From IMG/VR virus record IMGVR_UViG_3300010885_031309: a DNA stretch of 64,000 nt; one strand, written 5' to 3'. The first letter of the stretch is position 1; each line of letters starts with the position of its first letter. The notes beneath the pieces were generated by a model, which saw only the letters and a program-made list of their open reading frames with translations, was not told the DNA's origin and did no database searches. The DNA is from a virus. Its lineage: Duplodnaviria > Caudoviricetes. Positions 57,028 to 64,000 of this stretch are shown here, piece by piece. A program made the translations under genes and the position numbers.

Positions 57028-59924
57028 AACATGTCCGTCTCTACTAATTCATCTGCTCTAACATATCCGCGATTTTTAGTGAAAATTAAGTGATCGCCTG
57101 TGCATCTGATTATATTTCCTTGTTCATCTTCAACCTCGTACAATTCTGTGACTGTTTTTGTTTTTGCAGCGGCAGTCACGGATTTCCATATTACTGAATC
57201 CTGATCATAGCTCTTTACTTTTGAGTCCGTAAGAGCACCTAATTCCCACCGTTCTACAGCACTTTCAAGAGACATTTTTTCAACTTGTCCATTAGAATGT
57301 AGAAACTCTAATTGACTGTCGCCGGTCAGACAGCACAGATTACTCATGTAAATTGGATCTTCTTCAGTGTCAAATGGTCCTTGATTGATAACATTGTCAA
57401 TATTGACTAGGTAAATACGACCAGTGTCTGTGCGTTCTTTTAGGATGCCATTCTTGAATATCTCTTCAGCAGATAACACTTTCTTTTTCTTGGTAGAATC
57501 TGATTCATACTTAACATATAATTCTTCAAAACGTTCTACATTACGATAGTATGCTTCGTACAAATCTGGCACTTCATGTGGATCAAACAGTGTAATATTC
57601 TCTCCATTCTTATATCGACGCCAGAACAACTTACTGACGACGACACCATAATCTAATTGTCTGACACGGGTTTCTTCTGTGCCTTGGTTATTCTTTAGCA
57701 CAATGAAGTCTTCAAATTGATAATGCCAAATTGGAAGATATACTGTGCAACTTGCGTTGCGGATTCCACCCTGGGAGCAACTACGCAGATCACCATACCA
57801 CTTCTTTAAGAATGGAATAAGTCCGGTATGTTTGATCTCGCCATTGCGAATAGGTGCACCGAGTGGACGAATACGCCCAATCTCTAGACCAATGCCAGCA
57901 CGTTTGCTAGCATACTTTGCCATCATTTCGCCAGACGCGAATATACTGTCTAGAGTATCGTCTGCACTAATAAGTACGCAATTGTGCACACCTACCCCAT
58001 TAACGGTAAATGATTGAACATTATTTACTTGCAAATCATAAACCATAATCCCATTGGCTTTTCTTTTACTTACTTCTCTTACTTTAGCAAAATACATTCC
58101 ATCGACAACTTTAACATATGGATTTTTATTTCTTTTTTTGCTAATACCTTCAAGTCTAGAATTCTTATCTACCTTTCGTAAAAAGTCTAAATTACCAGAT
58201 AGTCCAAGGGTTATTTTATAACTATCATGTCTGGTAATAATAGTCTTCTCGAATCTATCCTTAGATTTAATCCTATTGTTCTTGTATTCATTTATCTTTT
58301 CTGCTGTCACAACACCAAGAACTGGGGATAGATCACACCTAATCATAATCTGTGATATTTGTCGAATTAGGTGTCGGTTAGACATACCAAGACTTAGCCC
58401 ATTTTTTGTAACACAACCGTCGCCACGAATAACTCCTATTAGGAAATTCTCTTGATTTTCGCGGGTTGCTTTCATTACAATATCATGCAAAGTCTTTGTG
58501 TTAAACCCATTCCCAACTAACCCAACTAGCAATGTTTTAAAAGCAGCGGAATGCACTGTAATAGAGGTTGAATTATCTGCTCGAATGTGCTTTGAAATGG
58601 GCAAATCAAAGTTACTTTTAATGATTTGTTCTATGTCTTCTAAAAACATTGTTTCTTTTGAAGAAAGCGTAAATCCTACAGAAAAATCTGTATTAGCATG
58701 ACCTTCCGCTGCATAATAACCCAGCAATCTAAATAAGTCAGAATTTAGAATAACCTCATCTGAACATTTCAACACTTTATCGTCATATTCGCCTGATCTT
58801 TTGGAATGGTCTACGGTTGGTTTCCTCAAGAATCCATCATCATCGACCTGAAGATAATCTAGAATCTGTGGGAATTCAACAGAAATTTTAATTTTCTCTC
58901 GTGGATCGATATATTTTGAATATGGTATTTGAACAAAATCACCCTTCTCAATATTATCTGCACGGGTCCACTGAGGCACACTGTACTTTTTCTTATTAAA
59001 AGACAATGGATGAGATTTTTTTAGTGCCATAATCAAATGGTCTTCGGTAGATTCGAACTCACCATTCAATGAATAAACATTATTAATTTTTACCAAATAT
59101 TCTTGAGGTGCAGATTGTGCTCTCGTAGCAATTACAGGCTGATATGAACCTTCATGTGTTAATACTAAATCTCCTACATTTATGGATTCAATATTTTTTT
59201 CACCATCAACAGTCCACACTCTTTGACCAGCAGGAAAACAACTAGAAAACTGCTTAGTATTAGTGCCAAGACCAGCCAACACAGGTGTAGCCAATGTGAA
59301 ATGCCCTTCACTAGCACATTCATAATATTCTTTAACATACTTTAATCTTTTATCTTTTGGCTCAGCGTGAAATGCTGTAGCTGCTGCAATTGCATAGCGT
59401 ACTTGTGGAGTCTCGTAAATTTTTCCGGTGCTACGATTTTGCACTAGATATTTTTCACACAGTTGAGCAATCGCCGCATATGTATATTTTTCATCTTTGC
59501 TGTGATCTAAAAACAGATCAATAATATTCCATTCTTCTTCAGTATACCAGTCTAATAAATCTGGTGTATACATTCCGTGTTCAACATTTTTCTTTACAAT
59601 ATCCCATAATTTAGATGGGGCGTATTCACCATAGACTTCTTTGCGTAGCATTGAGTTGCGTTGACGACCAGCAACATACTGATAATTTACATTATTTACT
59701 TCAGTGTCTTCACTTTCATCAATTAGACCTACCATAGCTTGAAGCAACAGTTGGTCAATCGTTTCTGTGGTCATATTATCGTGAAACTGAAGTTTAGCTC
59801 TGAGTTCAATCATTGATGGTGATACACCATCAATGCCTTGGCAGCAGTTGCGTACTTGTCTTTGGATTTTTGAAATATCTAGTGATTCTTTATCGCCGTT
59901 TCTCTTGATAATACTTATATTCAT
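57012..59924 (-). CDS. nrdA: NrdA piece 1: ATP-cone + catalytic N-part with LAGLIDADG cis-intein (57981-59240) and C-terminal split-intein N part (57015-57332)
   Basis: IIKRNG ATP cone; KQFSS|CFPAG...VHN|CVLI; MSNLC|CLTGDS...CTGDH. Confidence 0.95.
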   Translation of the reverse strand: MNISIIKRNGDKESLDISKIQRQVRNCCQGIDGVSPSMIELRAKLQFHDNMTTETIDQLLLQAMVGLIDESEDTEVNNVNYQYVAGRQRNSMLRKEVYGEYAPSKLWDIVKKNVEHGMYTPDLLDWYTEEEWNIIDLFLDHSKDEKYTYAAIAQLCEKYLVQNRSTGKIYETPQVRYAIAAATAFHAEPKDKRLKYVKEYYECASEGHFTLATPVLAGLGTNTKQFSSCFPAGQRVWTVDGEKNIESINVGDLVLTHEGSYQPVIATRAQSAPQEYLVKINNVYSLNGEFESTEDHLIMALKKSHPLSFNKKKYSVPQWTRADNIEKGDFVQIPYSKYIDPREKIKISVEFPQILDYLQVDDDGFLRKPTVDHSKRSGEYDDKVLKCSDEVILNSDLFRLLGYYAAEGHANTDFSVGFTLSSKETMFLEDIEQIIKSNFDLPISKHIRADNSTSITVHSAAFKTLLVGLVGNGFNTKTLHDIVMKATRENQENFLIGVIRGDGCVTKNGLSLGMSNRHLIRQISQIMIRCDLSPVLGVVTAEKINEYKNNRIKSKDRFEKTIITRHDSYKITLGLSGNLDFLRKVDKNSRLEGISKKRNKNPYVKVVDGMYFAKVREVSKRKANGIMVYDLQVNNVQSFTVNGVGVHNCVLISADDTLDSIFASGEMMAKYASKRAGIGLEIGRIRPLGAPIRNGEIKHTGLIPFLKKWYGDLRSCSQGGIRNASCTVYLPIWHYQFEDFIVLKNNQGTEETRVRQLDYGVVVSKLFWRRYKNGENITLFDPHEVPDLYEAYYRNVERFEELYVKYESDSTKKKKVLSAEEIFKNGILKERTDTGRIYLVNIDNVINQGPFDTEEDPIYMSNLCCLTGDSQLEFLHSNGQVEKMSLESAVERWELGALTDSKVKSYDQDSVIWKSVTAAAKTKTVTELYEVEDEQGNIIRCTGDHLIFTKNRGYVRADELVETDMLCSEV

Positions 59925-60296
59925 TTTACGCCTTTTATTTTTTACATTGTTCAGTCAAAAGTCACTTATTTAAATAGACCATAATTAATAAAGTAATAAG
60001 TATCGTCATTTCTAAGATGAACGCACATACAACATTGTTGATTTATTTTTAATGGATCTAGTAATAGACAGTGACTGATAATAAATTCTATTAGATTAAT
60101 ACTTAGTACGACTTCAGTGAAGTAAGAAAGAACATATTTTGCGTTGTCGTCAACGACTAAATTATGCTATTCCATGTGGTCATTCACTAGATGCATAATG
60201 CAAGTTTATGACATAGAACATCTGCTAAGTATAGCAAATTGTAATGTCACGTGTCAACTGTCAACTATACGGCGGTGAAACCGTATAGTCCAAATA

Positions 60297-61907
60297 TCAG
60301 CCTACGGTACCTCGTCCTAGCGATATGGTTGTATCCACCGAAACACAAGATCCAGATTTATCACTGGCAATTACAGAAATATCATATGGTTGACCTCTTC
60401 TTGCTGGAATTCCAGAAAAAGTAATACTAGCATAATTAATTGGTCCAACTTTAGTGGTGCTGATAGTAGTTGTAATGTCAGAGGGTAAGATTGAACTGGG
60501 TGATAATTGCAGTGATGTAGCGTTTGCTACTGATACAACTCCGTTAAATCTTACTCCGGCTCGCATAGAAGCTAGCGTGCTGCTAGTCAGTGACGCTAAT
60601 CCAATAGATGGAACTGCACACTGAGACCCAAGTACAGTGCCTGAACTCGCGCTAATATCATTTTTAGTAGCTGCAACTAATTTAGGAGTAGTAACTGGAT
60701 CATTAGTAGCATTTACTTTGATGTTAAACGATTGATTTGATGTGGTTGGTGTTCCGGTAACAGTTATTACAAAGTTGTTTCCGCTTTTAGCTCCGGTCCA
60801 ATTTAGACCATTTGGAAGAGTACCTGCTACTATGTTGGCAGAAGTTGCGTTTTTAACTAGAATAGTTCCATTATATTGAATGCCTCGCTGAAAAATTGAA
60901 TTTCCAGATTGTTTACTCAATGTATTACTAGTTATAGAGTCAACCGTTGGAGCTGGCGCACCTGCGGCCAAAGTTACACCACTTGCTATTACCGCCGTGC
61001 TAGTACTTTCGCTGCAACTGGATGATGATTTATTGTAGGCAGTGACACTAATTGAATATGACTGTGCGGCAACAGTTGGAGTTCCTGATACTGTCAAAAC
61101 AAGATTAGTTCCACTGATACCACTGACTATATTAATGCCAGTTGGCACTCCACTGAATATGACTCTAGTGGCATTTTGTATAATTACGATTTCACGGTAT
61201 GCAAGACCCTGTTGAAATATATTATTTGAAAGTTGTGAAATAACAGGAGTAGAACATGGAATCAAATCAACAGTTCCAGAACTAATACTACTCGGAGTAG
61301 TAGTATTGTTATAAGATACGGTTGCACAATTTGTTCCGGCATTTGATGCAGTCAATGTAATATTATAGTTTTGTGAGCCCGTTGTTGGAGTTCCACTTAG
61401 CTTAAATTCATAATTTGATCCAACTCTGTTACCAGTTGCAGTTACTCCTGTTGGCAGACCACCCAATGCGGCAGTTGTTGCATTATTTACGGTAAAACTA
61501 AGATTAGTTGCTTGTCCTAGCGTAAATATAAGTGACGGCAAGCTGAGTGTAGGAGCCGGACCACATGCAGTAGCAGTGACTGCTACGTATACTGATTTAA
61601 GTGTTACAGTGTCTTGCGGTGCATGAGAGCTACTACAGGTGGGATTTCTAGCAGAGAGTTTAACTTCATAGGTGCCGGCAGTAGTTGGTGACCCAGAAAT
61701 TGTAACTTGATGACTCATACTAGATAATGATTGAACTCCACTACTACGTAGTCCGGGTGGTAGTCCAGATATACTAAAGTCAGTTTTAGATGTATTATCA
61801 ACACCGATTATAAATTCAACTGAATTATTAATTGTCAATCTACTGGGCATTTTGCGAGTGTCCCACGATGGTCTGAAACACGGCGTGGTACCTGTAATTC
61901 TACTCAT
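60297..61907 (-). CDS. Ig-like repeat virion protein
   Basis: Repeated sgLPtG...tisGTPT units. Confidence 0.75.
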   Translation of the reverse strand: MSRITGTTPCFRPSWDTRKMPSRLTINNSVEFIIGVDNTSKTDFSISGLPPGLRSSGVQSLSSMSHQVTISGSPTTAGTYEVKLSARNPTCSSSHAPQDTVTLKSVYVAVTATACGPAPTLSLPSLIFTLGQATNLSFTVNNATTAALGGLPTGVTATGNRVGSNYEFKLSGTPTTGSQNYNITLTASNAGTNCATVSYNNTTTPSSISSGTVDLIPCSTPVISQLSNNIFQQGLAYREIVIIQNATRVIFSGVPTGINIVSGISGTNLVLTVSGTPTVAAQSYSISVTAYNKSSSSCSESTSTAVIASGVTLAAGAPAPTVDSITSNTLSKQSGNSIFQRGIQYNGTILVKNATSANIVAGTLPNGLNWTGAKSGNNFVITVTGTPTTSNQSFNIKVNATNDPVTTPKLVAATKNDISASSGTVLGSQCAVPSIGLASLTSSTLASMRAGVRFNGVVSVANATSLQLSPSSILPSDITTTISTTKVGPINYASITFSGIPARRGQPYDISVIASDKSGSCVSVDTTISLGRGTVG

Positions 61908-61961
61908 ATTTTTTTCCTTTTATTAATCTATTTAATAGCACATAGAATTAAATAACTTAAG

Positions 61962-64000
61962 TTATTTAACGGTTCCAACTGCCACAGATACATTATTTTT
62001 TGTTTTTATTGTGCATCCAGCAGCAGAAATATCTGGGTTATTTGTGGCATTTAATCTAATATCATATCTTTGATTAGCAGTTGTTGGTCGCCCAGCAAAG
62101 TTAAGTATTACTGTACCTCCGTTAGCGGATGAAGTTGTGCTAGATACTAGTCTAATTCCAGTTACACTCAATGAAGTTATAAAATTAAAACTTGCAGAAG
62201 TGGCGTTTGTTATAGTAACCGTCCCGGTATAATTAACTCCAACCTTAAAGTCATTTGGTAATAATTGTTCAACGATTGGGTCAGCACATTTATTTGGTTC
62301 AGTGACGCTACCTGCTCCAATACTAAATGGAGCAGGTAATGCAGATGTTGTAAATTCACAAATATTAGATGCAGATATTAATGCATCCCATGATTGATTT
62401 AATGTACTTGGAGTTCCACTTAGTGTAAATTCATAATTTGAACCAACAACTGCGCCTGTGCTGCTTATTCCAGTTGGTAGACCACTAATACTAGCAGTAG
62501 TTGCATTGTTAACTACAATTTTTATTGGTCCATATGAGACTCCGACTTTGAATGTAGAAGTCTCTATTCTGGATAGAACTGACGGCAAAGCACAATTGCT
62601 TACAACACTCAGAGTAATTCCGCACCAGCCACGGGTCCAGGCAGTAGTCGTAATCCCGTTTTTCGTACTGGAAGAATAATTCATTGAATATCCAGCCGAG
62701 GTAATATTTATTGTGGCTTTTTGCCCAACTTTTATTAGACCAGCATGAACTGCTGCCATAGCAATATTAGAGTCGTCTGTGTAAGGCCCACTTCCCCATA
62801 CAGTACCACCAGTGGTTGCTCCAGTTACCTCAACCGATGCATAGTTTGTTTTACAGATACTGGACTTAGCAACTTGCCCACTTCCAAAACTGGAATTTGT
62901 AATTGATGTAGTAACTTTTCCACCGCCGCATGCGTTTGATGCATTTACTCTTATATCCCAAGACTGCAACTCTTGAGTTGGAGTGCCACTGAGTATAAAT
63001 TCATAATTTGCTCCTGTTCTGGAACCAACTGATGATATTCCAGTTGGCAGACCCGAGATAGTAGCAGTGGTTGCATTAAAAATTACTAATTTGCCGCTGT
63101 ATGCTCTGTCTTTAGTAAAAGTTATGTTGTCTAAAGAAGAAGATAAACTTGGAGTATCGCATAATGGAGGTGGATTTACTTTTCCATTTCCCCCGCTGAG
63201 ATTAGTTGAGGTTGTAGTAAGCTTGCCTGATCCGCAATTATTGGTTGCATCAATAGTAATAGCATAAGTTTCATCAACTTTTGTTGGGGTTCCGCTTATA
63301 GTAAAAACATAATCTGATCCAACTCGTTGTCCTGTTTGACTAATTCCAGTAGGAAGTCCACTAATAGTAGCACTGGTTGCGTTGTTAACTGTGATTATTC
63401 CATTTTGATAAGTTTGTCCCTGAACAAACACATTTGGATTAATAGTCTGCGACGATGAAGCAGAACACAAGTCTGGCGGCAATACAGTTCCTGCACCAAG
63501 TTGAACTGAAGTTAGAGCAGTAGTGATTTTCCCCCCTCCACATGCATTAGTAATATTTGCTATAATGGTATATGCTTTAGAGTTGGCGCTAAGATCTGGA
63601 GTGCCACTCAGAGTAAATTCATAATTTGCCCCAGATCTAGCTCCGCTTGCAGTTACTCCAGTTGGGAATCCACTAATAGTTGCACTAGTCGCATTGTTAA
63701 TAATTATTTTAGTCTCAGCAGCTACTGGAACTCCAACCTTAAATGTTCCTGTAAATATTTGTGGTGATGGGATATCACATTGTGGAGCAGCTAACACAGA
63801 TATAGGAATGTTTAATCTAGTGGTCGTGGGAGTTTTATCTGCTGAACATGCATTTGTTGCATCTATTACTAAATTATATTGTTTACCCGCAGCAGACAAA
63901 TCAGGAGTACCGCTCAATGTATATTCAATATTTGCTCCAACACGAGTGAAATTACCGATGTTCACCCCAGGCGGAAATGTAGATCCTCCAGCCCCGGTAA
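61962..64000 (-). CDS. Ig-like repeat protein with LCCL domain, 5'-truncated by window end
   Basis: NAT.A.I.GLPTG...LSGTP repeats; VWGSGPYTDDSNIAMAAVHAGLI; frame stays open beyond the GTG at 63965. Confidence 0.8.
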   Translation of the reverse strand, partial: TGAGGSTFPPGVNIGNFTRVGANIEYTLSGTPDLSAAGKQYNLVIDATNACSADKTPTTTRLNIPISVLAAPQCDIPSPQIFTGTFKVGVPVAAETKIIINNATSATISGFPTGVTASGARSGANYEFTLSGTPDLSANSKAYTIIANITNACGGGKITTALTSVQLGAGTVLPPDLCSASSSQTINPNVFVQGQTYQNGIITVNNATSATISGLPTGISQTGQRVGSDYVFTISGTPTKVDETYAITIDATNNCGSGKLTTTSTNLSGGNGKVNPPPLCDTPSLSSSLDNITFTKDRAYSGKLVIFNATTATISGLPTGISSVGSRTGANYEFILSGTPTQELQSWDIRVNASNACGGGKVTTSITNSSFGSGQVAKSSICKTNYASVEVTGATTGGTVWGSGPYTDDSNIAMAAVHAGLIKVGQKATINITSAGYSMNYSSSTKNGITTTAWTRGWCGITLSVVSNCALPSVLSRIETSTFKVGVSYGPIKIVVNNATTASISGLPTGISSTGAVVGSNYEFTLSGTPSTLNQSWDALISASNICEFTTSALPAPFSIGAGSVTEPNKCADPIVEQLLPNDFKVGVNYTGTVTITNATSASFNFITSLSVTGIRLVSSTTSSANGGTVILNFAGRPTTANQRYDIRLNATNNPDISAAGCTIKTKNNVSVAVGTVK

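Noticed and set aside
59930-60290. Gene between nrdA and the Ig-like protein
   Set aside because: Fragments look protein-like (HNLVVDDNAKYVL...) but are broken by stops; at most a relic, which cannot be supported without a search
1-64000. Alternative genetic code (stop-codon reassignment)
   Set aside because: Known proteins (NrdB, TilS, peptidases) are full length under code 11, and no CTA/TTA/TCA suppressor tRNA was found; the Lys intron junction gives UUU with a 7-nt loop, not UUA
1-64000. CRISPR array or cas genes
   Set aside because: No regularly spaced direct repeats; the repeats seen are promoters, coding repeats or dispersed hairpins
60297-64000. Diversity-generating retroelement target in the repeat proteins
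   Set aside because: No reverse transcriptase in the window and no template/variable repeat pair differing only at adenines; repeats differ at all bases

Overview
A 64 kb slice of a large, AT-rich, standard-code dsDNA phage, probably a freshwater jumbo myovirus. A Betaproteobacteria-like host is inferred from an Azoarcus-type tRNA intron and from proteobacteria-like accessory genes. Almost all genes are on the minus strand. From left to right: head/lysis-type genes and arrays of small paralogues; nucleotide-metabolism genes; a LuxR-associated collagen/BclA-like cassette; a TROVE/vWA (DUF2828, Ro60-like) gene with a dispersed family of CAGC-bulge hairpin RNAs; a methyltransferase-nuclease pair; an RNA-repair cluster; a ~24 kb tRNA/ncRNA region; baseplate/PAAR genes, nrdB and a fragmented nrdA; and Ig-like/LCCL virion proteins. 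The tRNA region holds 24 cloverleaf tRNAs, 4 of them with group I introns at four different positions, plus 2 D-armless tRNA-like RNAs, many unexplained structured RNAs and 6 free-standing endonuclease genes. Three highlights stand out. (1) A 35-codon leader peptide using all 20 amino acids and 32 distinct codons is coupled to an antiterminator/terminator at the head of the tRNA/ncRNA region, making it a candidate general tRNA-pool-sensing attenuator. (2) The ribonucleotide reductase alpha subunit is in three pieces, joined by a cis-intein, a trans-split intein and an apparently non-splicing intein remnant. (3) A tRNA-Leu group I intron has a 5' splice site that falls after A, not U. All calls come from manual reading of the sequence; no database searches were run.
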